Shown piece after piece: positions 29,325 to 39,549 of a DNA stretch of 64,000 bases (its first letter is position 1; each line of letters starts with the position of its first letter). Where the stretch lies: NCBI GenBank assembly GCA_963826785.1, contig CAWGYD010000001.1, positions 288,001 to 352,000 on the forward strand. Direction: 5' to 3'. The translations under genes and the position numbers were made by a program. The notes under the pieces were generated by a model. It was not told the origin of the DNA. It did no database searches and was given only the letters and a program-made list of their open reading frames with translations. The stretch is from an uncultured delta proteobacterium. Its GTDB lineage: Bacteria; Desulfobacterota; Desulfobacteria; Desulfobacterales; Desulfosalsimonadaceae.

Positions 29325-32045
29325 CTATTCGGGTTTCAGAAACGAGCGCAGCGCCTCCAGCAATGCGGGCAGGAAAACGACCGCGGCCACCATGATGCTC
29401 AGGCTCCCGATCATGGCCAGCAGCCCCAGGCTGTAAATTCCCTGGTGGTGCGAAATGGTCAGGCTGCCGAAACCCACCGTTGTGGTGAGTCCGGCAAGAA
29501 TCACGCCCTTGGCCGTACTGACGGGGATGGCCGTCCCTTTTTGTCCCAAAGCCCCTTCCTGCTGCCGCCGCTGGAGGATGATGATGCCGTATTCCACGCC
29601 GGCCCCGACGATCAGCGGCAGAAAGAGGCTGTTGGCCAGGTTGAAATTGACATGGAATGCGTCCATCAGCCCCACGGTCCATATGGTGCCGACGATCAGC
29701 GGCGTCATGACCAGAGCGGCCTGGATAATGTTTCGAAACGTCAACAGGAGCAGCAGGGCGATGAAAACAGCCGCATACGCGGCCGCCTTGATGGTGGCAT
29801 CGCGAAAGGCCCGGGTGAAGATGAACAGGGTGATGGGGTCCCCCACCGCATCCGGGTCCACCTTCTGGAGATCATGGACGAACCGGCCGAGAAACGCGGG
29901 CTCCCAGATATCCCCGGCAGGGAAGATCCGCATGAGATAGTCCCCCTTTTTGGAAATATAGCGTTCGAGCAGGGACCGGGGCAGGTTGTCCACCTGCATC
30001 GGTTTCGCATGGATATTCATGCGCAGGATTTCGAGCTTGTCGTTTAGATCCTGCATGAAATTGATCTCAAACCGTTTCATGGAGCCGGCCAGAAGCGCGG
30101 GGTCCATGACGGAAAAGCGCTTGCGCAAGTCATCGATCAGACTGCGCACCTGACGCATCTGGATCTCGAGGGGTTTTGCCGCCCCCCACTCGGATGCCTG
30201 GGTATCGGCCATCTTGAAGCGGATCCGGCCCAGAACCGTGTCGAGCGCCGCAAGATCGACGGGATCGGTGTTGCTTTCGAGCGGTCCGATCCCGGAAATG
30301 ACGGGTGCAAGCGCCTGCAGAAGATGGATTTTTTCCGCCTGGTGTTCCGGAAGCATGCTCAGCACGCTCTGGACCTCGGACACCGTGGGCAGGGATTCAA
30401 GTGCGCGGGTCTTGGTCCGTACTTCTTCCATGGAATTTGCCAGCATGGCGCCATACATGCTGGACCGGTCGGACCCCGATATCAGCTTCTGCTCCCAGAC
30501 GACCGATTCCGCCCCCTGGGATTGAAGGTGCAGCATGTTCAAATCATAGGAGACGTTTTTCGCCCCCCACAGGGACAGGATGAATGCCAGGGCGGAGACG
30601 AAGAGCACGATCGCGGCGCCCCGCCTTTGCATCCGGAACAGGTACCGGGGGCGGCCCGGCCCGGCTTTCACCGCCGCCGGATCGGCCTTGTCGAATACCA
30701 TCACCAGGGCGGGCAGGAGGCAAAGTGTGGTCACCGTGGTCATGATCATGCCCATGGACGTGATCTCCCCCAGTTCCACCAGCCCCTTGAATCCGGTCAG
30801 GACCAGGGGGAAAAAAGAGACCGCCGCGGTCAGGCCGGCCAGCAGGATGCTGGGACCCAGCCGGAGCATGGCGGCCCGCAGGGCCTCTTCCCTGGATTGC
30901 CCGCCCTGCTGCAGTTCTTCCTGGTAGCGGGCGAGCCAGTGAATGCCGTAGTCGATCCCCAGTCCCAGAAGCAGGGGGGCAAAGGTGATGGACAGGATGT
31001 TGAGATGGCCGATGAAAAGCGTGGTCAGGCCGAAGGTCCAGGAAAGGGCCGTTACGAGTTCGACGATCTCCAGGACCGGCCGGCGCCAGCCCCGCCAGAA
31101 GATCATGAGCAGCAGGGCAAGACCTGAAAGCGAAAGGAGCGTGGCGACGCTGATGTCATTTAAGGAGGTGCTCATTTCATCCTGGTTGAGCGCCTCCTGG
31201 CCCGTGACCCCCACCGCTACATCGGGGAAGACCTCCCGGACCTGCGCAATGGTTTCCCGGAGCCCCTTCAGGGCGCTCAACGTATCGGAAAAGCCCGCTC
31301 CGGATGATTCGGGGGTGACAAACAGGAGGAGATACCGTTTCTCCCGGGTCCAGAAATACGCATCCTCCGAGTTTTCGTCCCAGGATGCGCCGGAAAAGAA
31401 TGAATTCCAGGGAGAAATAAATTGCGAATCCCCGTCCAGCCCGCGCTTCATTTCCGTCAATGCGCCGATGACAAAACTCAGGTCCAGCGGCTCCTGTTCT
31501 TTTCCGGAAGCGGGTTCATCGAGAAACCCGGTGAAGAGTTCCCCCACCATGGCGGACGCCATCTCGTGATTGACCCCGGCAAAAAAGCGGGTCAGCGTGG
31601 GGGAAACCGCCAGGTCACGGATGAGTTGCTCGTGTTCGCGCAGGTCTTTTTTAAGGCGCACAAGCTCATCTTCATCCAGGTAGAGCAGCGCCCAGGGCTT
31701 GAACTGCTCCGGGTCGACCCGGTAGAACACCTGGCGGTAGTGCCGGGTGTCGTTTTCCAGAAGGGGTGCAAGGCTGCGCAGAAAGGTGAGGGACCGGGCC
31801 GGGTTCGGCCCCTGGATGGCGACCACGAATGTGTCGAATTCATTGAAGGCGTGAATCGATCTGGACAGCTCCACATAGCGGTTTTCCGGAGAAATCAGAT
31901 CGATCTGGCTGGTCTCGAACCCGATGTTTTCAACGGTGTAATACATGGAAAGGCCCGCCAGAACCAGCGCCGCCGCCAGTATCGGCACGGGATGCCGGAT
32001 CTGGAAATCCACCATTTTTCCGATGATCTTCAGCAGTAATCGCAT
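29325..32045 (-). CDS. hpnN: MMPL/RND hopanoid transporter HpnN-like
   Basis: Two MMPL halves (LLGLGIDYGIH; IVGAGVEYGI; TTTVGFGSL); 906 aa; hpn context. Confidence 0.8.
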   Translation of the reverse strand: MRLLLKIIGKMVDFQIRHPVPILAAALVLAGLSMYYTVENIGFETSQIDLISPENRYVELSRSIHAFNEFDTFVVAIQGPNPARSLTFLRSLAPLLENDTRHYRQVFYRVDPEQFKPWALLYLDEDELVRLKKDLREHEQLIRDLAVSPTLTRFFAGVNHEMASAMVGELFTGFLDEPASGKEQEPLDLSFVIGALTEMKRGLDGDSQFISPWNSFFSGASWDENSEDAYFWTREKRYLLLFVTPESSGAGFSDTLSALKGLRETIAQVREVFPDVAVGVTGQEALNQDEMSTSLNDISVATLLSLSGLALLLMIFWRGWRRPVLEIVELVTALSWTFGLTTLFIGHLNILSITFAPLLLGLGIDYGIHWLARYQEELQQGGQSREEALRAAMLRLGPSILLAGLTAAVSFFPLVLTGFKGLVELGEITSMGMIMTTVTTLCLLPALVMVFDKADPAAVKAGPGRPRYLFRMQRRGAAIVLFVSALAFILSLWGAKNVSYDLNMLHLQSQGAESVVWEQKLISGSDRSSMYGAMLANSMEEVRTKTRALESLPTVSEVQSVLSMLPEHQAEKIHLLQALAPVISGIGPLESNTDPVDLAALDTVLGRIRFKMADTQASEWGAAKPLEIQMRQVRSLIDDLRKRFSVMDPALLAGSMKRFEINFMQDLNDKLEILRMNIHAKPMQVDNLPRSLLERYISKKGDYLMRIFPAGDIWEPAFLGRFVHDLQKVDPDAVGDPITLFIFTRAFRDATIKAAAYAAVFIALLLLLTFRNIIQAALVMTPLIVGTIWTVGLMDAFHVNFNLANSLFLPLIVGAGVEYGIIILQRRQQEGALGQKGTAIPVSTAKGVILAGLTTTVGFGSLTISHHQGIYSLGLLAMIGSLSIMVAAVVFLPALLEALRSFLKPE

Positions 32046-32125
32046 TTTTTAATCCAGCTTTCGCATTCAGCGTATTGTCTTTGCTTCACTAACCTCACGT
32101 TCCGGCCTTAACCGCTGTTCGGCTA

Positions 32126-33027
32126 TTATTTCAAGTCCGGCATCGGCGAGCCACCGTTTTCAGCTTCTATGACAAAAATCTCAAATCCGTTCCTCATCTG
32201 CCCGTTCACGGCTTGGCGGGGACGCAAACGGAAGACTGGTCCGCTCAATGATCTTTTTGCCTGCTTTTACAGCTGATTAGCTGTTTATTTCAAGCCAGGT
32301 ATCGGCGGGCCGCCGTTTTTCGGCTTCTATGGCAAAAATCTCAAATCCGCTCCCCAGCCCCCCGTTCACGTCCCCGCCAGGAGTCGCTTTGCACAAGGTT
32401 GCCGTTTCATTTGTTTTCATAATGTATACTTCTGATTGCTGCTCATTTCGACTTGCTGGATTCCGCTTAAAATTGCCGGAATGACAAATTGTGATTGATA
32501 TCAACCCTGTTATAAAAGCGATGATGCCCTTGAGGGGTTAAAGGGAGGTGTCCCGAGGGCACCCATTGCTTCCAAAGAACTCAATTTGGCAAACAGATTA
32601 AGTGACTTCATTTTTTTGGTTATCCGCAGGTCCAACACCCCCCTTGGTCCCCCCTCGCAGGGGGGGAATAAAAAAAGGAGGCCTTCCTTGTATGGGGAAT
32701 TTGATCGTAATTTCAATTCCTAATCCCCCCTTGAGGGGGGCAGGGGGGTGTACCGACGGCGACCGTTGCGATTCAAAAGTTCCTTCCTGTAAAAACACCG
32801 CGCAGCGGGGTCGGGAGCTTTTTACTAAGAGCTGCTGGATTGCTGCGATTGACCCATGACGGGGTGGTGAACAGGGGCATGGCAAGCGAATTTGATATTT
32901 TTGCCGAAAAGCCGGGGGAGTTGATTCGCGTTAAGAATTTCTCATTGTCTGAGGGCGGATGCCCGAGTTTGAGAAATTTAGCGGATCAACTGCCCCGGCC
33001 GGCAAAAAGATCACTGAGCGGCCAGGC
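32126..33027. repeat. Composite intergenic repeat: tandem copies, a long imperfect inverted copy and REP-like hairpins
   Basis: 32126-32210 resembles 32285-32370 (direct). 32234-32370 is inverted-similar to 32867-33027. REP-like hairpins at ~32527-32552, 32635-32668, 32724-32751. Confidence 0.75.
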
Positions 33028-33118
33028 CCCTGTTCGCCATCCCGTCAGCCACCATCCCATAACCCATAAGTTAAATGACCTTCGCTAAATATATCGAAAA
33101 AAAGCCCGCTCCATTGGC

Positions 33119-34549
33119 TTACCGACTCCCGGAGTCTTTGGCATATTGCCGGATCATGCCGGTGGCGTACTTCAGGTTGGCCATTGCCACATTGTAATTG
33201 TAAAGCGCTTCGATATAGTTTCCCTGATTCTCGCCATATTTTTCAATGGCCCGGAGCATGTTTTCGGCGCTCCCGATGCCCATGTCGAAATCCGCAAACG
33301 CGGACACCACCCATTTCCTGGAAGCCACGGCCGCATCGTGATATGTTTTTGCGCTTTTCTTCCACTCGATGATTTCCTGGTATGCACTGGCCACCTGGAT
33401 GGGGATATTCATCTCGGCGGTTTTCCTGGAATAGAGAAGTTTGCTGTATTCCGCCCGGGCCTGAGCGATGCGTGCTTTTTTAATGCCGAAATCAAAATCC
33501 CATTTGGCGCCGGCCACGACTCCGGCATAGGCGTGGTTGAACTCGTCATCGATGTAGGCATTGTCCAGGTGGTCACGGCCGGGCGCCCCGGCCAGGGAGC
33601 CTTCCAGGGCCACGAAAAACGACGGGTAGAGTTCGCTGACGGCCGCGGCGGTCTGATATTCACTTGCCTTCAGGGCCGCATCGAGCTGCTTGAATTCCGG
33701 CCGGTTGGAAAGGGCATTGTGAACGAACGTATTGACATCTTCCAGTTCTCCTTTCCTGATTTCAAGCGGTTCTGCGGCGACTTCCAGGGGAGCGCCGGGG
33801 GGGAGGCCCAGCATGGCGCGCAGGGCGAACGTGGCGACTTGGACCCCTTTTTCGGCCTCGGCCTGGGAGCGGATGATGCCGGCGCGGAACGCATCGACCA
33901 TGTACAGGTCGCTCTCGCTCACGCTGGCTGCGCCGGCTTCCATGAGGCGTTTGATGCGCTGGCGGGCATCATCGAAGAACGCTTCCGCATCTTTGGCCGT
34001 TCCGATTCCCGATCGGGCGAGAATGAGCGCATAATACAGCTCGGCCACCTTCAGGGCGATTTCGTCTGCGGCTTTGTCCATCCCCAGCGCCTTGGCGGCA
34101 ACCCCGCTTTGCGCCGCCGCGCGCCCATTGGAGAGTTTACCGAAGGTATACAGGGGCTGGGTGACGGTGAAATCGAGCCGGCCGAAGACGCCGATGCTGG
34201 AGAGGCTCAAGCCCGGGGAAGGATCGTATATCCGGTTATTGACGATGACCGGTTCTTCGGCATCGTTGACCGGGCCGACCACGGCCGTGCTCTCCATCCG
34301 GGGATAGTAGGCCGCAACCACCTGATCCAGGGTACTCTGGGCCGCGGCCAGTTCACTTCTGGCCGCGCCGGCTTCCGGGCTTGCGGCAACGGCCTTTTCG
34401 ATCAGCTGCTCAAGATTCAGGCCGGCGGTTTGCTTTGCGGCTTCGGCTGCGTCCCCGCTTCTTGGCCGGAAAAGAAACATGCTGCCTGCGATAAGTCCGC
34501 ACAGAATGAAAATTCGCACAAAATGCAAATGTCCGCACTGTTTCATCAT
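33119..34549 (-). CDS. TolC-family outer-membrane efflux protein
   Basis: Signal peptide; LNLEQLIEKAVAASP, ALSNRPE, YNYNVAMANLKYATG (two OEP repeats). Confidence 0.88.
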   Translation of the reverse strand: MMKQCGHLHFVRIFILCGLIAGSMFLFRPRSGDAAEAAKQTAGLNLEQLIEKAVAASPEAGAARSELAAAQSTLDQVVAAYYPRMESTAVVGPVNDAEEPVIVNNRIYDPSPGLSLSSIGVFGRLDFTVTQPLYTFGKLSNGRAAAQSGVAAKALGMDKAADEIALKVAELYYALILARSGIGTAKDAEAFFDDARQRIKRLMEAGAASVSESDLYMVDAFRAGIIRSQAEAEKGVQVATFALRAMLGLPPGAPLEVAAEPLEIRKGELEDVNTFVHNALSNRPEFKQLDAALKASEYQTAAAVSELYPSFFVALEGSLAGAPGRDHLDNAYIDDEFNHAYAGVVAGAKWDFDFGIKKARIAQARAEYSKLLYSRKTAEMNIPIQVASAYQEIIEWKKSAKTYHDAAVASRKWVVSAFADFDMGIGSAENMLRAIEKYGENQGNYIEALYNYNVAMANLKYATGMIRQYAKDSGSR

Positions 34550-34584
34550 GGCACTGAATCTCCTTCTCCTGCCGGAGCAAGCGG

Positions 34585-35568
34585 TTAGAATTGCGTCTGC
34601 CTGTTCCTTTCAACCAGCAGCGTGGCATATAAAAACAGGCCGGCACCCGCCCAGAAAACCTGCGCCAGCCGCAAGACGACGCCATATGCCAGGCCCAGCG
34701 ATGCGGAATATCCGAGGGCCTTGAAGGCGACGACCCGGATCCCCTCCAGGGCGCCGATATCGGTTGGAATGGCAAAAATGACCAGATCCATCCAGCTGCC
34801 CAGCAGCCAGATGCCCGCGGCCGAATAAAAGGAGGACTCACGGGCGAGGAGCGTCAGAAAGAGCCAGCACTGGAGAATTCCACAGGTCATGGCCGCCATG
34901 TGGAACAGGATGGCCGCGGGCAGTCCGCCCGGATGGTCCCTGTAAAAACTTTTAAGGGCCAGATCCACCCGGTTCATTTGCAGGGATGCCTTTTGAATGA
35001 TGCTTCCGCCGATCCGGCGTCTGACCATCCAGCGGATGACCATCCCCAGCCTGCCGGTTTTCTGGATCACCAGAAAAGCGATGATCCCCAATCCGATGAG
35101 GATGCTGACCGCAAACATCAGGGACCACACCCCGAAGGGAAGGGCGACATTCCACAGGATGGTGAGCGAACCGATAATGACCAGGATCAGCTGCGCCATG
35201 GCATAGGCCAGCCGCCCGACGATGACGGCGGTGGCGGCTTCCGGGCCCTTATGGGCGCCGGCAAGGAGCGTGGCCTTGGTGACCTCCCCACCCAGGGCGG
35301 CAGTGGGTGTCAGATAGCTGATGGCATTGCCGGCAAGGAAAATCCGGTAGATCTGAAAATAGGGCAGATCCCGGTAAGGGTCCGACAGGCAGTATCGCCA
35401 TCCCATGGCGAACAGGGCGCCGGACGCCCCTTCCAGCAGGAAGAAAGGGATGAGCCCCCAGCCCAGCATGGAAAGATCGCTGTAGAGTTTTCCAAACCCG
35501 ATGGACCAGATCAGCAGGACCAGGAGGAGGGCGCCCAGCAGCATGCTGACCTGGTGAAATCTTTTCAT
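34585..35568 (-). CDS. Lysylphosphatidylglycerol-synthase TM / flippase-like (UPF0104, HpnL-like) protein, copy 2
   Basis: GNAISYLTPTAALGGEVTK, IPTDIGALEG; multi-TM. Start MKRFH at 35568. Confidence 0.85.
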   Translation of the reverse strand: MKRFHQVSMLLGALLLVLLIWSIGFGKLYSDLSMLGWGLIPFFLLEGASGALFAMGWRYCLSDPYRDLPYFQIYRIFLAGNAISYLTPTAALGGEVTKATLLAGAHKGPEAATAVIVGRLAYAMAQLILVIIGSLTILWNVALPFGVWSLMFAVSILIGLGIIAFLVIQKTGRLGMVIRWMVRRRIGGSIIQKASLQMNRVDLALKSFYRDHPGGLPAAILFHMAAMTCGILQCWLFLTLLARESSFYSAAGIWLLGSWMDLVIFAIPTDIGALEGIRVVAFKALGYSASLGLAYGVVLRLAQVFWAGAGLFLYATLLVERNRQTQF

Positions 35569-36675
35569 CGGCTTTTTCCGGACTGAAAAAGCGCTCCTGT
35601 GTGCCGGCCCGTTTCGACCGGGGCGCCCCCCAGGCGATGCGACCGGTATGCAAGCTCCGTAAGATGCGTGCACCATCCGGCCTCGGTGAAATTGACGCCC
35701 CTTTTACGGGGATTTCTGACCTCCTGGTAGAAATTTTCCGCCACCGCTTTCATCCAGGCCGGGTGGTGGGACCCGGCCGAAAGGGGCGCGGGGAAATCAT
35801 ACCGGACGATAGGAGTTGCGGCCCGGGTTTCAAGGAGCAGATGGTTGTCATTGATCCGGAGGAGACCCGCATCCCCGAAGATGACGCCTTCGTTTCGCCT
35901 GCAGTCGGCGCGCCGGGTGAGGTGAAGCCGGGCCTCGGCGGTGGCAAATTGCAGGTAAAGATCGACGGTTTCTTCAATGCCGGAATCGTCTTCTACCGCA
36001 AAAGGCCATTTGCGCGCTGACAGCCGACGGAAAGTCGTCCAGGAGGGCCATGATGAGATAAATGCCGTGCCAGCCGTGGTCGAGAAGGATGCCGCCGCCG
36101 GCAGTGGCGGCGCATTGCCGCCAGTCCGAGATGCCGCCGCCCGGACCGGGCGTCCGGAAAACCGATAGCGAAACAGACTCGATATTGCCGATTTTTCCGG
36201 CCTTCACGATTTCAGCGGCTTTGATCCACAGCGGGGCATATTTCCAGTTGTTGACCACGAACAGGACCCGGTCTGCGGCATCGGCTTCCGCCCGAAGCCG
36301 GGTCAATCCCTGCCGGGAGGGGAGCAGGGGCTTTTCACAGAAAACATGGATGCCGGCCCCGCATGCCTTGCGCATCAAATCCTCGTGGAAACAGGGCGGG
36401 GCGCAGATATCCACGAAGTCCGGGCGGTCTAAAGCCATCAGGCTTTCCAGGTCGGAATGGATGACCGCTTCCGGGAGCAGGCGTTTGGCCAGCCCGACGC
36501 GTTCGGCAAGGGGCTCCACCACCGCATCGATTCGAAAACGCGGGTCTTGCAGCCAGACCGGAAGGTGGGCCTTAAGCGCCACGCCCCCGAAACCGACGAT
36601 GGCCCCGCGCAGCGGTTTGATCGAATGGGGTTTTTCAGATGGCATTTTCGAATTTTTTCTCTGTTGAGAATTCAT
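35565..36675 (-). CDS. Gfo/Idh/MocA NAD(P)-dependent oxidoreductase; frameshift at ~36000
   Basis: IVGFGGVA, HVFCEKP, GGGILLDHGWH. Removing one base from the 4-nt run at 36000-36003 continues in frame into ORF 35565-35753. Confidence 0.85.
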
Positions 36676-38019
36676 TTATGCCTTGTATGGCATCGTTCTG
36701 GCCGTAAAATCAAATACGTCATCCAGGATCTGCAGCCCTTCCTCCGCCTCCGCAAGCGTCAGGGTCAGGGGCGGATTGATCCGGAATCCGGCCTTGTAGT
36801 TCATGCAGACCATGCCCCGGGCGAGGGTTTCCAGAAAAATCTGCCGGGTGATGTCCCTGTCCAGCGGTTCCCGGGTTTTCCGGTCTTTTACCATCTCCAC
36901 CCCGATCAGGAGGCCGCGGCCGCGGACGTCTCCGATAAACTCGTATTTTTCCCGCATCCGGATAAGGCCTTGAAGCAGGTGGGCGCCGATGACCCGGGAA
37001 TTTTCCACCAGGGCGTCATTGACGATGGTCTGGATGGTTGAAAGGGCCGCCGCGCTGGCCAGGGGGTTTCCCCCGTAGCTGCTGGAAGATGAACTCGGCT
37101 TTGCAAAGGGAAGGCTCGACGTGATCTCTTGGGTGGAAATCAGGGCGCTGATGGGAAATCCGTTCCCCATTCCTTTTCCGACGGTCATGATATCCGGGCA
37201 GACGCCCGTGTGCTCGCATCCGAACATTTTCCCGGTGCGGCCGAACCCGGTGATCATTTCATCGGCAATCAAAAGCGCGCCGTGCTCGCGGGCGATCTGG
37301 GCCAGTCCGGGAAGAAATTCCGGGGGCGGGATGATGTTTCCGGCGGTTCCCTGGATGGGCTCCACGAGGATGGCCCCCAGGCTTCCGGCGGTGCTGTTCT
37401 TGATGACCTCCCGGACAAAGTCGAGGCAGTAGAGTCCGCACCCGGGGTATTGCATCTTGAATACGCATCGGTAGCAGTCCGCATAGGGGGCCAGGTGAAG
37501 ACCCGGATGCAAAACGCCCCAGTCTTTTTTAAACGGATCGCCGATGAGCCCCAGGACCCCGCCTGTTTTTCCATGGAATCCCCCCCAGAAACTCAGAACT
37601 TCGAATTTTTTCCGGGCGGATTTGGCCAGCCGGAGGGCGGCCTCCACCGCCTCTGCGCCGCCGCTGTAAAGCTGTATCCGGTTGAGGTCCGGCGGGGTCA
37701 GGGATGCGATCAGGCAGAGCAGGTCGGTCCGGCTTTCTGAGGTGAAGCTGCCCACGGTGATTTTGTCCAGCTGGTCTTTTAGCGCGGCGATATAGGCCGG
37801 ATGGGAGTGCCCCAGGCTGCACACCCCCACCCCGGCCATGAAATCAAGATAGGTGCGCCCCTCCATATCCTCCAGGTGACGGCCATCGCCCCTGCGGATC
37901 ACCAGCCGGGAAAGCTGGGCGACTTCCTGCAGCCCGGGGGAGATGAGGGCCTGTTCCTTTTGAAACAGGTATTCGGATGACTGGGGGGGAAACAGTTCCG
38001 GAAAATTATGAAATTTCAT
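36676..38019 (-). CDS. Class III PLP-dependent aminotransferase
   Basis: SGGAEAVEAALRLA, GGFHGKT, EPIQGTAG, DEMITGFGRTG, PDIMTVGKGMGNG. Confidence 0.9.
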   Translation of the reverse strand: MKFHNFPELFPPQSSEYLFQKEQALISPGLQEVAQLSRLVIRRGDGRHLEDMEGRTYLDFMAGVGVCSLGHSHPAYIAALKDQLDKITVGSFTSESRTDLLCLIASLTPPDLNRIQLYSGGAEAVEAALRLAKSARKKFEVLSFWGGFHGKTGGVLGLIGDPFKKDWGVLHPGLHLAPYADCYRCVFKMQYPGCGLYCLDFVREVIKNSTAGSLGAILVEPIQGTAGNIIPPPEFLPGLAQIAREHGALLIADEMITGFGRTGKMFGCEHTGVCPDIMTVGKGMGNGFPISALISTQEITSSLPFAKPSSSSSSYGGNPLASAAALSTIQTIVNDALVENSRVIGAHLLQGLIRMREKYEFIGDVRGRGLLIGVEMVKDRKTREPLDRDITRQIFLETLARGMVCMNYKAGFRINPPLTLTLAEAEEGLQILDDVFDFTARTMPYKA

Positions 38020-38839
38020 TGCAAACGCCTTTGCGTGCATTGTTGCGCTCAAGTTGATGGACAATCGCCCATGCGGCGGATTCCCGGCACAGGGAGAATG
38101 TCGGCCAGGCATTCAAGTCGATGAGCATCCAGGTCCCATCCGCGGCGAGAATGGCATCACCGCCATAGATATCGAGCCCCACGGCCCCGGCGGCGCTTCT
38201 GGCCGTTTCGGCCAGCTGCCCGGCCAGGGAGGTGATATCGGTTCCGGAGCCGGGCAGAAACGCCCTGAAGAAGCCGCCGGGGGCCACGCCCACGCCGTAA
38301 AATTTGGCGCAGGGGCCGTCCACGTGGGCCTGGACGAGCACATGATCGATTCCCTGCCTGCGGAAATGATCGATCGCGCAGGAGAATTCCGAACAGGAAT
38401 CGATTCTCGACACGTCACCGGGGCCTAAAGCGTGCTGATCCCCCCGCTTTATCCAGTAGCCGTATGGCTGCCTGAAAAATCCGGAAGCCTGCATGGTGCG
38501 GATGGATTCGATGCGCCCGGCCGGCATGGGGATTTCGGACCGGGAAAAGATTTCAAACAGGGACTTGCGGCAGCAGTTGCGGACGGCGGCGGGCGAGTTG
38601 AATACCGGTATGCCGGACCCGGCGGCCTGTTCGAGGACCCCGAGGCAATGCTCGGACTGGGCCATGTTCAGAATCAGATCGGCCGTTTTGATTTGGCTGC
38701 TCATCATCTCCGCGGACAGTGCAGCCGTTTTATAACCGCGGATGGAGAGGGTATATAGAACGGCATCGAGAATGGCCGCATCCTCGCGGACTTTTCCAGG
38801 AGAAAAGATCGGTTCCCTGTAGATGCCGATGATTTTCAT
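38006..38839 (-). CDS. ATP-grasp-fold protein (ITPK1/RimK-like C-terminus)
   Basis: YWIKRGD, VLVQAHVDG, KFYGVG, GLDIYGGDAIL...LIDLNAWPTF; overlaps both neighbours. Confidence 0.75.
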   Translation of the reverse strand: MKIIGIYREPIFSPGKVREDAAILDAVLYTLSIRGYKTAALSAEMMSSQIKTADLILNMAQSEHCLGVLEQAAGSGIPVFNSPAAVRNCCRKSLFEIFSRSEIPMPAGRIESIRTMQASGFFRQPYGYWIKRGDQHALGPGDVSRIDSCSEFSCAIDHFRRQGIDHVLVQAHVDGPCAKFYGVGVAPGGFFRAFLPGSGTDITSLAGQLAETARSAAGAVGLDIYGGDAILAADGTWMLIDLNAWPTFSLCRESAAWAIVHQLERNNARKGVCNEIS

Positions 38840-39549
38840 GACCGTTCACCGATTTGACGCAGATAGCGCTCCGCCCTGGCGATATCTTGCGGGTGATCCA
38901 CATCGATGGTCGTGGAAACCGGAAGACCATACAGGGGGTGGCCGCATTCGGGCAAAAGGGCCAGGAAATGGCGAAGCGCACTCAGCTCCCGGGTGCGGGA
39001 TGGGGGCACTGCGGAGAAGATTTTTGGCGAAAAGTAGTAAAATCCGGCGGTGGCATAAGGTGTTTTGCCGGCGGCCGCATCCCCCATGGCAATGATCCGG
39101 CCCCGGGGGTCGATTTCCGCCCATAAGGGTTTGTCGTCATCCGTGCAGGTGGTAAGGGCCAGCATGCCTCCGGCGCCATTCATCCGCCTGCCGGCCGCCA
39201 TCAGATTTTCCAGCGCATGGAAGGGAAATACGGCATCCACGGTCATCATCACGAAGGGGCCGCCCGACAGAAAGGGGGCCAGGGCAAGCAGGCTCTCCAT
39301 GGAGTTTTTAGTGGTCTTGACCAGCAGTTCCAGGGGAAGGGGCCATGAGCGGTTGCGGAGATATTCTGAAACCGCGGGGTGGATGTCATTTACGATGCAG
39401 GCAACGGATTCGGCGCCCAGGCGGCCGGCCGCCCGGATCAGGCGGGCGATCATCGGCTCGCCGCACAGGGGGACCAGGGGTTTGGGGATGCGGACGCCGC
39501 CCCTTGAAAGCCTTTCTCCGATTCCGGCGGCGATGATCCCCACTTTCAT
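38836..39549 (-). CDS. NTP transferase (candidate inositol-phosphate cytidylyltransferase)
   Basis: MKVGIIAAGIGERL...PKPLV, DVDHPQD; ATGA-coupled on both sides. Confidence 0.87.
   Translation of the reverse strand: MKVGIIAAGIGERLSRGGVRIPKPLVPLCGEPMIARLIRAAGRLGAESVACIVNDIHPAVSEYLRNRSWPLPLELLVKTTKNSMESLLALAPFLSGGPFVMMTVDAVFPFHALENLMAAGRRMNGAGGMLALTTCTDDDKPLWAEIDPRGRIIAMGDAAAGKTPYATAGFYYFSPKIFSAVPPSRTRELSALRHFLALLPECGHPLYGLPVSTTIDVDHPQDIARAERYLRQIGERS

Noticed and set aside
32126..32370. Possible CRISPR array
   Set aside because: Only two degenerate ~85-bp copies, no repeat-spacer periodicity, no cas genes.
32760..32840. Possible remnant of a DUF559-like endonuclease N-terminus (KNTAQRGRELF)
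   Set aside because: Similarity is too short and weak to support without a profile search.
33146..34588. 480-aa ORF on the + strand
   Set aside because: Antisense shadow of tolC with no recognisable domain.
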